This document shows positions 26,908-41,196 of a stretch of DNA of 64,000 nucleotides, in pieces; within the stretch, counting starts at the first letter, position 1, and each line of letters begins with the position of its first letter. The stretch lies in assembly GCA_951406725.2 (NCBI GenBank), contig OX597825.1:38316001-38380000 (forward strand), given 5' to 3'. Made by a program: the position numbers and the translations under genes. This stretch comes from Octopus vulgaris (lineage: Eukaryota). The notes under the pieces were generated by a model. It did no database searches. It had not been told where the DNA came from and worked only from the letters and a program-made list of their open reading frames with translations.

Positions 26908-27339
26908 CACATATACACACATACATACATATCTACATACACACATACATACACCCGCCCACATATACAAATTTATACACATGCACATGCATATACCTGT
27001 CTACACATACACACACGTATATATGCATACACTCACTCCCATGCATGCACGCATACACACATGTATATATATACCCACGACCACACATACATATATACAC
27101 AGAAAAATATATATTCATACGCACATACACTCATGCACACACAACACACCTAGTTCCCTATATACACATATTTACACCTATATATACATACACCCACATA
27201 CACATATGTACATATATATATATATATATATATACATATACACGCATACATATATATACATGTGTGCACATACATACATATACACACATACATACACATA
27301 CACATACACATGTGTACCTATACATACCTACACATACAC

Positions 27340-27388
<49 letters not shown>

Positions 27389-27777
27389 CCAATACAAGCC
27401 CATTCCCTAATTTTAATTTTATTATCTTCATTTATTACTTTTGTTATCTTTGATCGCTAGAGCTAAGGATCCTGGCTATGGCAGCATGTCCATTTGTCTG
27501 TCTACTAGAAGGCAAGTACTCATTCCCGCACGCACACTCATTAGCACGTACATTCACCCATTCGTACACTCATACACATACACGTACGCACGCGTTATAT
27601 TCATACATACAAACATCTACATACGTTCACGTATATACACATACGTACTCGTACCTACAGATTCGTGTCTACACTTTAGGAGGCTAGTCTATACATATAC
27701 ACCAATAAATATACATATATATATATATACACATATACATACACACACACACATATACTCCTACATACAGATACATA

Positions 27778-27827
<50 letters not shown>

Positions 27828-28029
27828 CATACACATACACACATATATATATACACACACATACATACACATATATATACATACGCAAACATATATACAC
27901 ACATATATATATATATACACACATACACACACATACATACATATACACACAAGCACATACATACGTATACATACATACATACATCCATACATCCAAACTT
28001 ACATGCATTTATACGCATACACACACCCA

Positions 28030-28074
<45 letters not shown>

Positions 28075-28585
28075 TCACACATACATATTCAAATATACGC
28101 ACACACATACATACATACACGTATACACATACACGCACATACACATATACATGCGTACCCATACACGTGCACACACGCACGCGCATCCATATATATACAC
28201 ACACACACATATATACACGTGTGCAAGCATACATACATACTCATACACGCACACATACTTACATATACATATATGCACACACTTACACACATATATACAT
28301 ACACATATACATGCATACATACATATATGCATACATACACATACACGCACATACACATATACATGCGTACCCATACACGTGCACACACGTTTTTTTTATA
28401 TTTTTTTATATTTTGTTATTTATATATTCTTTTATTTATCTATTCTTTCATCTAACTTACCACTGACTCCTTGACCACTCCCCCAAGTATGATATTTTGC
28501 GCTATGCCTACCCCCAAAAAGTCCCCCACCACCACTCCTTTAAACCTGCCTAAATGTATAAATGCTAATACAATTCTTGTTAAAT

Positions 28586-28636
28586 AGCTTCCTGAAGATT
28601 TCTCTTGAATGAAACAGTACTAGTCCTGTAGAAGCT
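28586..28636 (+). ncRNA. Type I hammerhead ribozyme (right arm)
   Basis: agcttc CTGAAGA t ttc tctt gaa t GAAA cag tactagtc ctg TA gaagct. Stems I, II and III pair; GUA triplet; predicted cut after 28630. Confidence 0.87.
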
Positions 28637-28720
28637 CCTTCTATATAATAAATTAATTTTACTCTGCTATGTATTGAGTACCTTACTTACTGTGGTTAAC
28701 CCCGAATCAACCCGGGACCT

Positions 28721-28773
<53 letters not shown>

Positions 28774-28774
<1 letters not shown>

Positions 28775-29721
28775 GAGGGACGTTCAATAAGTAATGCCTC
28801 TGACCAACTTGCAGTTGTTTGATCATGTGAAATTATTTGTATCTCTATAGATTAAGTGGCAAATTACAGCCCTGAACTAATTGTGGTTTCTGATTTACAG
28901 GTGTTTGAACTGAGTCAAGTGTGAAACTGAGCCTGTTGAGAGTCGAGCAGTGATGCGGTTTTTGTATTTGAAAGGACGCACATCACGGGAGACTGTTGAT
29001 GAAATAAAAGTAACTTATGGTGATGATGCCCCATCATATGACCTTGTAAAACGCTGGCATCGTGAATTCAAACATGGTTGGAACTTTGTGGAAACAGCTC
29101 CCAAATCTGGTCGCCCCCTTCTGCCATTGATGAGGCATCTGTCCGTCATGTTGAGGCTGCCATTTTGGAAGATCGACGCATAACTATTCGCCAAATAGCC
29201 CATGAGGTCAAGATTAGAACTGGGTCTGTGGAAACTATCATTTATGACCATTTGCATATGCAAAAGGTGTCTGCGAGATGGATTCCCAGGTTGCTCACAC
29301 CTTTCAAGAAGCAAGAACGCGTCGATTGCGCGAGGATGAATTTGAAGATGTGCCAAGAAGATAAGTCAAAATTTTTCAAAAGACTGATGACACAAGATGA
29401 AACCTGGGTCCATCATTATGATCCAGAGACGAAAGCCCAGTCAATGCAGTGGAAGCACCGTGACTCACCTCCTCTAAAGAAGGCAAGGGTGCAGCCCTCT
29501 GCTTGCAAGGTCATGCTCACAGTCTTCTGAAGTCACGTCGTGGTTGGAGGACCAAGCTGGGGTCTTCTACAAAAACGGTCTTCAGAGCTGCATCAAACGA
29601 TGGGAGAAATGCGTAACTCTGGGTGGTTCCTATGTAGAAAAAGACTAATAACTGTGCCAAGTTTCGTTGCTCTACTTCTATGGGAAGTGGGTCAGGGGCA
29701 TTACTTATTGAACGCCCCTCG
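28774..29721 (+). mobile_element. mariner transposon (irritans/Hsmar2-like TIR), internally deleted
   Basis: TA-flanked TIRs cgagggacgttcaataagtaatgcc / ggcattacttattgaacgcccctcg. Motifs VKRWHREFK, ARWIPRLL, TQDETWVHHYDPETK, KVMLTVF and KRWEKCV..GSYVEK are present. Confidence 0.96.
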
Positions 29722-29959
29722 TATGATGAGCTCAGAGGTAGTAGTGATGTTGGCTGGTGCGATTTTGTGGTTTGCTTGTATGCCGAAAGGGATCCAGCGA
29801 GCCCCTAACTGGTTCGCCGATCTTACTGGTCTAATGTGGAAGTGAAATGTTGGTGCGGCTTGTGTTTTGGTGATGCTAGCTAGTGCGGTGGTCTTCCTCA
29901 CAGTACTTCATGGTAGATGATATTTTGTGTGTATGTCACATCACGTTTTTGGCTTGCCT

Positions 29960-30224
29960 GTTATCCCAATTGAGTGTCATAACTCTTACTTTGGTGTTGT
30001 CCATAGCTTCTATTCTTAGTTATCTCTCCTTGAATTTTACTTACTTTTTCTGCTCGTAACGAAAATTTAAGAATCCAAAATTTCAAGATTGCGGGAATAG
30101 ATGTGGCCCGGAATGTTTTAAATTCATTCCAAAATGCTATGATATGTTGAGTTTCGGCCTCTAAGAGTAAAGTGGAAAAAGTGTGACACACTGACAGACT
30201 GGCATTCGCATTTATTACATTAGA
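29960..30224 (-). mobile_element. Possible non-autonomous Helitron-type element
   Basis: The minus strand starts a|tctaatgtaataaatgcgaa..gtctgtc, a TC 5' end like the 32-kb elements. Confidence 0.4.
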
Positions 30225-30229
30225 TTTAT

Positions 30230-31120
30230 GCGCGTGTTTGGATTTGCTATAACTACTAATTACATCAAATCCGATATATGTGATATTTCATGTTAACATA
30301 TAGATCTTGATATATGTTTGGGTTTTTTGAAATTTTCTTGAATTCCTTTACCAGTTGGATACAATTCTTTTATTTTCTGTATAATTCCTTTTAATGAATA
30401 TTAACTAAAAAATTGCTGTACTTATAAATAAATCTCTTTTCCTGTAAGATATTGTAACTGTTTCCCCGAATGTAACTATATTTATTCAACATATTATGTT
30501 AGTAATAAATACGTTTTTAAAGAGCAGATAATTTTTGTGAAATACATATATATTTATATAGAAAGTAAAAATGTTTGCATAATTTTATAAATGCAGTCTC
30601 AGTGTAACATCAATTCAGTATAATTATTTTTATATAATGTAAGCTTTTTAGCAACATTCCAATGTTTATTTGCATTTAATATCAATATGAGACAAGCATT
30701 TTTCAATTTCTTTCATCAGTTTCAAGTTTGTCTTGTCGTGAAATCGTATTTCTCTCTTCGATTTCATATGTATAAATTTTGTTTCAATAACTTTGATTTT
30801 TTTTTTAATGCATTATATATGTTTACATTGGGAAAAATTCAATATTTATTCTCTGTAGTTCAATGTTTGCTTATGGCAAGAGGCACTTTTAGATTTTTAG
30901 CTATACATTTAATAAATTTCTTATCCTTAGCTTTAAGTAGCTTTGTGATGTGGAAATTTTGACACCAGATATTGAATTTTCGCGTAATTTAGAAATCCAA
31001 TAAATGAGTGAAATTTCATTACGATTCTTTAGCTGATTGAAGTTAAATTTGTATTTCATATTTTCCTCACTAATCTTCGTATAATGTGAACGAGAATGTT
31101 TTGAAGTACTCATTATATGA
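30230..31120 (-). mobile_element. Degraded PLE-type RT remnant (different subfamily)
   Basis: LIYWISKLRENSI resembles the Y.IPKLHKNP motif, with YDFTT downstream; many stops. Confidence 0.5.
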
Positions 31121-32264
31121 CGTTACTTTTGCATTATAAATTTCTCATAAGTTCAAATAATAATTTTAATTTAATTGTTTATAACTAATTTCAGGATGAT
31201 TCAAACTTAACTACTTTTGAAACAAATGCATAATAATTACAAATGTAAAGTTCTAGCTGCTTAGGAATGCTTAAATCTCTAGACAGGATATCCAGCAGCA
31301 CTTCTCAAGCTTTATAGAATAAGACCGTATTATGAACATCCATGATTATCCTCTGTTCCGGACATTATGATTCGCAAGTATTATAATGCAATTACTCTTA
31401 CTAACAAATCTACCCATCGACGATGGAGAAATAAAGTGAGGAAGGGAAGTTACAGGAGCAGTATGTATTAGGAAATGTGTAAATGGACTTGATAGATTAC
31501 TGGGTGATGTCTTCGAGAAATCATATTCTTGTTGGTGATACAGCATTATATTGCAGCTATATGACATGTGTTTGCGACTAAATGAGATGTAATGACGATT
31601 CGCTTCCTACCAGAAATAGGCTCCCAGCCGCTGTATCATTAATGATTATGTGAACCATTCCTCTAACGAAAGCCAGAGCTTCCTTTGTCCACTGCATTAA
31701 AAGAATTAATTAAAAAATGCTATTTATATATACATTTATTTTAGTTGTTTACACTATTTTACTTTTGTTTATAGTCTTATACACTCAAAGTTCACAAATT
31801 ATAATTCAATTTAGATTATGAATCATATTTCTTTTGATAATCTCAATATGATTACAAAACTTCTTTGCAGATGATATTTTCTGTTTGGTTGAGTCTAATT
31901 TTCAAATTGCTGGAGTCCGTCGCTCTGCTCATAGCGACGTATAACTGGCCGAGTGTAAACATCGGAGTGGGTTAAATTACACCTACGTGATCTAAAGTCT
32001 GGCCCTATGCTTTTTTTGTTGTGATACGCGAGCGGAGTCTTTAGGTTTGCAAAAAAATCAAACTAAGACTCACATATTACTGCCCTCTGCGAATAATGTT
32101 TGGATGTTCTGGTACAGTGATTATTTTGATTGACAAATTTAAGATGTAAATAACAGCCACTCTGACGAGCCGTTTCGAATCCTGCTCGAGACTGATACAC
32201 TTCAATAACCACTAAATAATCACGCACACTATATACTGACATACTTTTGCCATTTTATTTTCAT

Positions 32265-32921
32265 CACTAACCGTCCTCGTGACCCCCTTTATATCAATGA
32301 TGAAGCCACGGACTATACGATGAAAATCCAGAGTCACTCTTGCTCGGTGAATTTTTAATAAAAAGGCAAAGGTGATTTATCAATACAAAAAGCGATATCC
32401 ACAAAATAATCGTACTTTCTGATTTTTTTAATGCTAAAATCCTTCCTGACGAACACCTTTGTAATCCCGGAAAATATCGTAACCGCTGGACCAGCCGTCT
32501 GGCTGTGAAGAGGGAAGAGACAAAGTGACGGAGAGACGGACAGACAGACTGACATAACACCCATTATTGTGAGATGGCAAATCTACCTATCCACGATATG
32601 AAATAAAGGGATAGTATTGGATATCTACACCCTTTAAATTCACGAAATATACGGGAGTGGGGGAATAGATTCCAGAGTTAATCCTCGTCACCGGGATATT
32701 AACAAAAAAACTAATAAATATCAAGGGGGATTTATTAATACAAAACTTCAATTCACTAGATAATAACAGTTTTTCACACATTTTTCGCTAAAAACCTTCT
32801 TCATTACCTCCTTCGTAATGACGAAAAACATCGTGACCATTTGTCTAGACGGCTGGCAGTCAATAGGGAACAGATAGATAGAAGTACAGACAAACGGACA
32901 TAACACCCATTATAGTAAGAT
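32265..32921 (-). mobile_element. Two tandem related non-autonomous Helitron-like elements
   Basis: Both units end (+ strand) in cagac..gacataacacccatta.tgt.agat, giving a minus-strand a|TC start followed by a (GTCT)n-like tract. Shared internal blocks include atccagagt, gatttat.aatacaaaa and gctaaaa.ccttc. Confidence 0.6.
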
Positions 32922-33966
32922 TCTTAGTTGATAGATTTCACATCTCAAGGGACGAAATATATCCTACTCTGACGATTCGTATTGTATTTCTATTACCTGT
33001 TTAAAATTTTAGAAAACCAAAAAATATGCTTGGATAAAATGTGTCAACATAACTGAGAGTGCATTACTTCGTACTCTCTTTTTATACTGATCAAAGTCCT
33101 CTTATTTATAGCGGCTATCACATACCACTGGTCACGTCCGAGGTGTGTACCATTATTACTATTATCCCACAACAGAAACTGACACGAATTTTCGAAATCC
33201 AATTCCATCACTGACACAGGGAAAATTTGTAAGACACTCCAAAAATGTCTAAGTTTATTTCGATGAAAAGATAGACTTACTTTATTGTGTGCATTGCCAG
33301 TTCAAGAAACACTCTAATCTTCAAATGTGTTGTCGCTTTAATAGCAATCAGTGTAATGTCTCAAGAACTTAAAAAATCAACGCAGAACATGCATACGTAA
33401 ATATATAGATACATACATGCATACATACACATATATATAATGACAAATATGAAGAACAGAGAGAGAGAGAGAGAGAGAGAGTAAGGCATTTTGCTATAAA
33501 TTACCATTGTTTCAAGCGAATTAGTCTTGCAACATTATATTAGTATACATGCAATTATTGATTATTTCCTGTGTGCCATTCTGATTAACTCTAGTAAGCC
33601 ATGTTGAATAGGATTCTTCAAAATTGCGTAAAAAATAATACGCATATTATTTTATAGGCAATCTTGATGAATCTTATTCATGTTATTCGAGCTAACATGA
33701 ATGCCACACGGAAAATAATCGATAGTTGCATGTAACATTATATATTGTTTCAAGATAGATAGTTTTGAATTAAGATAAACCAATTGTAAATGGAAGTAGT
33801 AAAATGAGTTGCTCACTCCATTCTTCTTATTTCACCTTATGAAACTCTATGGATACCTGTGGATTTTTAGAAATTTGTTTCTTAGTACAAATGATCTCCA
33901 GATTACACTGTCTGGAAGCCATTAAATGTGGATGAGCTTAACACGTTAAACACCAGGTTTAAAATT

Positions 33967-34027
<61 letters not shown>

Positions 34028-34090
34028 GTATGTATGTATAAATGCACACAAACACATATACGCATATATATATATATGTATGTATATATG

Positions 34091-34122
<32 letters not shown>

Positions 34123-34209
34123 TGTGCGCGTGTGTGTGTGTGTGTGTGCGTGCGTGTGTGTGTATGTATCTATACACACACACACACACATACACACACA
34201 AATGTGTGT

Positions 34210-34400
34210 TTCAAAAGAGTACAAAAAGCAGAAACACTTGAAAGAACAACATATAGCGTGCAGTAGTTGAACGCTCAGGAAAGATGAAAGAAATGTTTAG
34301 CGTTTCCAGCCTACGTCATTGAACAGAAAGGAATGAGGAGAGAAAGGAGATTGAGAAACAATTGAGAGACAAAAATGTATTTGAATCAATTGTGCTACAC
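34210..34400 (-). mobile_element. Diverged copy of the 60990-61190 PLE-terminus-like repeat
   Basis: cgctcaggaa..gtttagcgtttccagcctacgtcattgaacagaaagg is the reverse complement of the 61060-61115 block, with substitutions. Confidence 0.55.
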
Positions 34401-35867
34401 TCTAGATTCATCGAAAGGAATGAGATAGGCATGAGTGACAGGGGATGCAACATTAACGGGGTAAACGTGTGCGTGTGCGTGAGAAGATGTGTGCGTGTTT
34501 ATACGTATCAATGAATGAATTCGTGTGTAAGTTTGTGTGTTGTCAATCATGTGTTTGAGTTTGAAAAGTGAGCGAGTGTATGTGCTTGTATGGGAACATG
34601 TGTGTACATGTGTGTAGAAGTACGTGTAAGTGAAGTGATGTGTGAGTGTGTGTACTTCGTCTATTTATGTGTGTTTAAGTGCCTGTGTGAGGACATGCAC
34701 ATATATGTGTACTTGGCTCTCTAACGTATGTTTGTGTGCGGTTATTGTGAAGCTATCGGAACTGTGAGTGTAATTGTGTGTGTGTACAAGGGCCTGCGTA
34801 TAGAAGTTTTTTTTGTTTGTTTGTTCCTATATAAGGTCTACAAGTAGCTTGTGTTCGTGCATGTGTGTTGCTGTGTCCATTTCAGGTGCGTGTGTATACA
34901 GGAGGCAGTCAGATATAAAAGTGTGTGTGCATACCCCTGTGTAGGGGAGAGTAAAAGAAAGAGAGAATGAGAGAGAAGGGGATCTATATAGATAGCTAGC
35001 TAGCTAGATGTAATGATGCAGATATATGTACGAATTTCATCTTCCAACTGAATGCTTCAAATAAATGACCGTATTTTACTTTATTGTTTTTATTCACGTC
35101 TCGTTTTAAACAATTCTCCGAAGAAAATTATTTTACAACTATGTTTAAGGACTCAGAATAAGATTTTATATTAGTCTGTAGCGTTTAGGGTTAAGTTTTG
35201 AGTTTACAGTGGAAAGATCGCGATTATATTTACACGGAAAATGTATAAAATAACGTTCTATTGCACGTCTAATCTCCAGTGGATACTTTCAATCAAACAT
35301 ATTTTCAAGAGATTTTTAGTGTTCCAAAGGAATTATACTATTTATACGAACGAGAAGTTATTGAAAAACATGCGGCATTCTCAGCGAGAAAAGTGCGAAA
35401 TTGCATATATATGTAACAGCTAATATTCCCTATGTATACACTGATAGCACCACAAATACTCGCAAACACTCTAGTATCTAACATTCCAAACAAATAGATT
35501 TTCTTTTTGCTTTCCTAATGCTTCAGCATAAAAAAATAACTAGCAACATTTAGTATCCTATCCTTACCTTCTCCACAAAATACATGAAAATCGTTATTAT
35601 AAACCTTTAATAAACCCAAATTTCAACAAAAATTCTATGAATATTTTCTAAAATATGTTCCCACACTTACAAACAAACATTCATACTTGCAAGGAGGATA
35701 GAGGAATAATCTGGATCAAAGTTATAGAAAGGAGGTTAGAGGAATAACTAGGACCAAAGATATAGCAATGGTGATCCTATGATGGATAGATTCTAAGGCC
35801 TAGAAATTTTGCACACATTTTACAATGCCCACTTTTGCGTATATTCATAATTAAATATATACAGAGT

Positions 35868-36046
35868 GAGAGATAAGGAAATTATTTTATTCTCAAACAT
35901 AGGGTAATGCTAATAATATAGCATGAACAGGATAAATAATCCGTATTTTGCAGACAGATTTCTGCAAAATATGGATAGTTTATCCTGTTCATGCTATATT
36001 ATTAGCATCCCCTGCGTTTGAGAATAAAATTATTTCCTTATCTCTA
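35868..36046. repeat. Long imperfect palindrome (arms about 85 bp)
   Basis: gagataaggaa..atgctaataatatagcatgaacaggataaa..attttgcaga / tctgcaaaat..tttatcctgttcatgctatattattagcat..ttccttatctc. Confidence 0.92.
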
Positions 36047-36084
36047 TCTTTCAATACATTTCAACGCTTCTGATGCAAACTTTG

Positions 36085-36150
36085 TTGCCTTTCAACGTAA
36101 GCTGACTATATATATATAGTCAGCTTACGCTGAAAGTAACCGCAGTTTAA
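36085..36150. repeat. Second palindrome centred on (TA)n
   Basis: ctttcaacgtaagctgacta-tatatata-tagtcagcttacgctgaaag. Confidence 0.9.
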
Positions 36151-36907
36151 ACAGAATGAAATATTTATAAAAATATCCCATACACTTCATACCCCTAAAC
36201 AAAATGTTAGAAATCTCAAATTACTGAACGATTAGGTTCTTAGACAAAGATCCCCTATTAATGCATATGCTTACCAACAATATTTACATCTGCCTACAGC
36301 CCCTTTGAAATACTAAATTAAGGGATTAAGAAATATTCCATACCAATGATACGCTGACATTGTTATTTGCTAAATCACCAACACAATAGAAACATGTGAT
36401 AATCCCTAAATAAAACCAACACAAAGTATGAAGCTCGCAAACGTTCTAAAACTTACCCCTTATTTACATTCATTTGTAACCCTTAAAAGCTCTTTTCTCA
36501 AAATCTGACACACCTTAATAAACGCACATAACAAAAAAGCTTTGAATACTGCAATGAACTCGGAACAAAAGATCCCATAACCTATTAATATCTTAACACC
36601 AGCGGTAATGAAGCAACCATAAGAAGCAAAGTTGTCACACCTAAATAGACACACGTGATAACAAAGTTCTATGTTCACGAAGATTCCCTGATCTAGAACA
36701 CAACTGCAAATATATAATCAATGCAAATTCTCCTTAATACCTCTTCATAACTGGCTACCAAATTATTCTCACATTGGAAAATATATTATTGCGCATTACA
36801 AAATGACGGTGTTTGTTGCCAGGTTTTTCAATGGTTAATAGCACAGAGTACCCATTAGGTATTTGAGAGGTAAAGGCTTCTATTTTCCATAGATAATTTC
36901 CGGCCAC

Positions 36908-37566
<659 letters not shown>

Positions 37567-37703
37567 ATATATACATATATACATACATGCATATATATAT
37601 ATATACATACATATATACATATATACATATATACATACATATATATAAATATATATATATATATTTATATAAATATATAGGTGTGTACGAATGTGCGCGC
37701 GCG

Positions 37704-37768
<65 letters not shown>

Positions 37769-39287
37769 ATATCTGCATAAACATGCGTAAGATTAGGTAT
37801 TTCATTGGCGAGTCATAAGTGATTAATTTGAACTAGGAACTATAGCACTTGTGGTCATTTATGATAGCTAATTCCACAAGCCTAGACTAGTTCAACTGAG
37901 TTTCTCCATTTTGCATGCTGCTGATGACTGGTTACGAAGTCACAAGCGATGCTCCAGTTTACTGTAACCACTAACACATATATCAATAAAATAATTAATG
38001 TGTAATATCAATGCAAGTGTTACCAAACTGTAGAAACTGAGTTGTTCTTTTCTGAATCGACTAAATAGTGATTGACATATGATGATAAGATAAAAAAATT
38101 TATTTTATTAAACCAATTGAAAATATGTCTGTTTATTTCAAATATTATCAAGAAATATTAATCGATTCAAGGACAATATCCATAATTAATTGTTTTGAAA
38201 TCAAATGAATTTTCTTCATTTTACATTGCACTCAAGAAATCTTCACAATCATATCTCCACTAATATCATTTCACTCATATATTTTATATGTTTTCCTATA
38301 AAATATATGTATCGAATCATATTAAAAATAATATTTCCAGTATTTAATCTACATTAACCCATACCTAACCATCAACTTTATTAAAATTACATTTTTATAT
38401 TGTCTCACACTTCCTGATATACTTTATAAGTAAATTCAAAATTCCGCACATACGAGTATCACACAAGTACAACTTATATTTTGTTTACTACTGCAGCTTT
38501 TTAATTCTCACCAACTGAGAAACAATCTCATTGACACCAAGTATTCCACTATGTATGTATACACGTATACAATACGTATTCAAATCTCATTGGTTTTTAT
38601 ACACTTAATCCTCTTACGTTTCGCTAAGAAAACAATCACGGAAAAATAAAGAATGATAATATCAATATTGTAACTTTTTTGCTGCTTATCTTTTAATATT
38701 AAGTAGTGTTTCAATGAGAAGATATGACAAAAATATATAAAATGTAAAAACTAACATATTAATTTAAATTTGGTTTGTGGGTATTTAATATAAGAAGATT
38801 TTATATTCATTAGAAAACATAGAAATGTAGAGAGATTACAAAGAAAAAATTACATTAGCGTATAAATTTCATACTTATATTATTGACTAATATATTCAAT
38901 TGGCGACAACTAAGCAATCAGGATTGAGAGACACACTAATTATGATACATACTCAAATCACATAGTCACCGTAATTTATGATAAAACAGCTTCAGAATAT
39001 TGACGATAATTGGAAGAAAAGAACCACAGTAGTACGACAAATTAAGCTTCATTCCAAATTAAAAGCTTAGAATTAAAAATGTTATGAGACAATTGACTAC
39101 AAATTAATATAGTAGGAATAGTCACATTATCACAGATGTACAGTGTCTTAGGAAATTTCATATATAAAATTTATTTGCATTTTCTGCCTTCTTCCAATTA
39201 GATATTATTCATGTTCTCCAATAAGTCCTTTTATATTTTTCGGACATTCGAATAAGACGACATGTGAAGACAATATTTTAGTTCGTT

Positions 39288-39505
39288 AAGGTGGCTGGCT
39301 GGCAGAATGTTAGCATGCTGCGCGAAATGCTTAGCAATATTTCGTCTGTCTTTACGTTCTGAGTTCAAATTCCGCCGAGGTCGACTTTGCCTTTCATCCT
39401 TTTGGGGTCGATAAAGCACGTACCAGTTGCGTACGGTGGTCGATCTAATCGACTGGCCCCCCTCTGAAAACATTTCGGGCATTGTGCCTAAAGTAGAAAG
39501 GAATA
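39288..39505 (+). mobile_element. SINE family B, full length
   Basis: gctggcagaatgttagca..gagttcaaattccgccgaggtcgactttgcctttcatcctttt ggggtcgataaa..ggtcgatctaatcgactggcccc. Confidence 0.93.
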
Positions 39506-40224
39506 ATGTAGTTTGTTCTCATTTCAAAATCTAGGACCAAATGGCTTTCGGTGTTCTGAAAATGCGATTTTAGCGAAGCAACAATTACATAGCTATAGGG
39601 TTCAATATTAATATAAATTGATATAATACTACATTATCAGTTAGCGTGTAGTGTTCGTGTTTCGAACGCGTAAAAATGTATCTAAAAATGACAAAATACT
39701 TCATAAAGTAACATATATTGTCATGATATGTATAAATCTATAATACATCCTAGTGTGAGTCGATCTCTTTACCTATATATTACCGATGTATTTTGCAAAT
39801 GCTGAGAGAATTTTACTAATGCCGTCTTAGTAACTATCATTGTCAAACAAATGCCGAGTGATATTCCAGAGAAATCATTGAAACTGTTTTTAACTTTCCA
39901 TATTTTCATGATATCACTCATCAGTAAATATATTTTAAAAACTGAGTGTTATTTGGTGAGAAACAAGAATATTTCAATTTAAATTAGACTTTTCTGACTA
40001 AACTCTGAAAATTTACCCTAAATTTAAACAAAAAAAAAAAACAATTTCTGCGTATGTAACTTAAATAAAACCCTATAGTCTCGGAAAAATGTATATCTAG
40101 TGAATGTGAAATGTAAGAAAATGTTAATGTTTAAATTATATATAATGATAGATTTCATTTATATGATTTGAAGATGTGTTCCTGCCAATGTTTACATCGG
40201 TATGCCACGTTCTCTAACCATGTT

Positions 40225-40790
40225 TGCAAGGGCATTTTTAGAGAAAAGAATAAAAAATAGCTCACAATTACAGAGAAGACAGAATTCCTTGCCTTTATCA
40301 TAAGATATCGAAATTGAGAGAATCAACCAATCTAAAATAAATTGTTTATTATGGTCTTTTAAATACCAAATTAATTTACTAAGCCCTGTATTGTTACGTT
40401 TATTCTTATCCCTAAATGTAGAGTTATGATTGGAAATTCTTTTAGATAAAAGAGCTGTCTATATAAAAAATACTTCATTACAAGAAGTAATTTTACACTG
40501 GCATATAGAATTTTTAATTTTAGAGTTACTTGATATAAACTTGATTCTGTTGTAATTGACTTCAGATACACTAACGTTGTTATTAATATTTCTAGGGGGA
40601 TGGATGGTATTAGCTAAATTAATGCTAGTATTAGTAAATGTATCCCTATTTAACAGGCTAATATTATGTGAGGAGATAATTTGTAAGAAATTTTTTGTGT
40701 TGGAAAAACCAATCCTAACCGGCTGAGTTGATAATAGTGTAATACATATAATTCTTTGGGAAATTCCTAATAACAAGGGAAACATACACA
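40225..40790 (-). mobile_element. PLE C-terminal GIY-YIG fragment
   Basis: NSICQCKITSCNEVFF..NHNSTFRDKNKRNNTGLSKLIWYLKD..ISYDKGKEFCLLCNCE matches the PLE endonuclease pattern T.LS..IW.LK..C.LC..E. Confidence 0.8.
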
Positions 40791-40814
40791 TATGTATTCA
40801 TACACACACACATT

Positions 40815-40855
<41 letters not shown>

Positions 40856-41127
40856 ACACACACACATACACATATACATATTTATAAATGCATATACTTA
40901 TGACTTTAGATATATGAATATACATTTAATTATTCATAAATGCTGATATGTATTTTGCTTCCCGAACATTTTTAGCTGTTACACATATTTTTGACGTCAA
41001 TATGTGTTCGTATGTATGAAGGAGAATAAGAAAGAAAAAGACACAGTGACAGTGAAAATATAATTACACAAAAATTGACTGATGTAGAGAGCCCATGCAA
41101 TGGAAGCACCTTAATGTTTAAAAGCCT

Positions 41128-41196
41128 TATAAATGCCGGTGAAACCTTCAGTCTAATTAGTTAATTATTTTCATGGTGGTGACAGGTTCTGTACAG
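41128..41196 (+). promoter_or_regulatory. Candidate TATA box + Inr and short first exon
   Basis: TATAAAT at 41128, Inr-like TTAGTT with its A at 41159 (31 nt downstream), ATG at 41173 and strong donor CAG|GTGAGT at 41196/41197. Confidence 0.4.

Larger units (their letters stand above)
26459..28725 (+). mobile_element. Non-coding PLE-type element with ~230-bp perfect inverted repeats, each carrying an HHR
   Basis: 26459-~26688 is the reverse complement of ~28424-28653. The right arm extends a further ~70 bp, and the interior is CA/TA low-complexity sequence. Confidence 0.9.

Noticed and set aside
31871-31975. Hydrophobic short ORF after ctttgcag
   Set aside because: No convincing donor or phase link to other exons.
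32158-32200. CTGACGA motif
   Set aside because: No consistent stems or GAAA.
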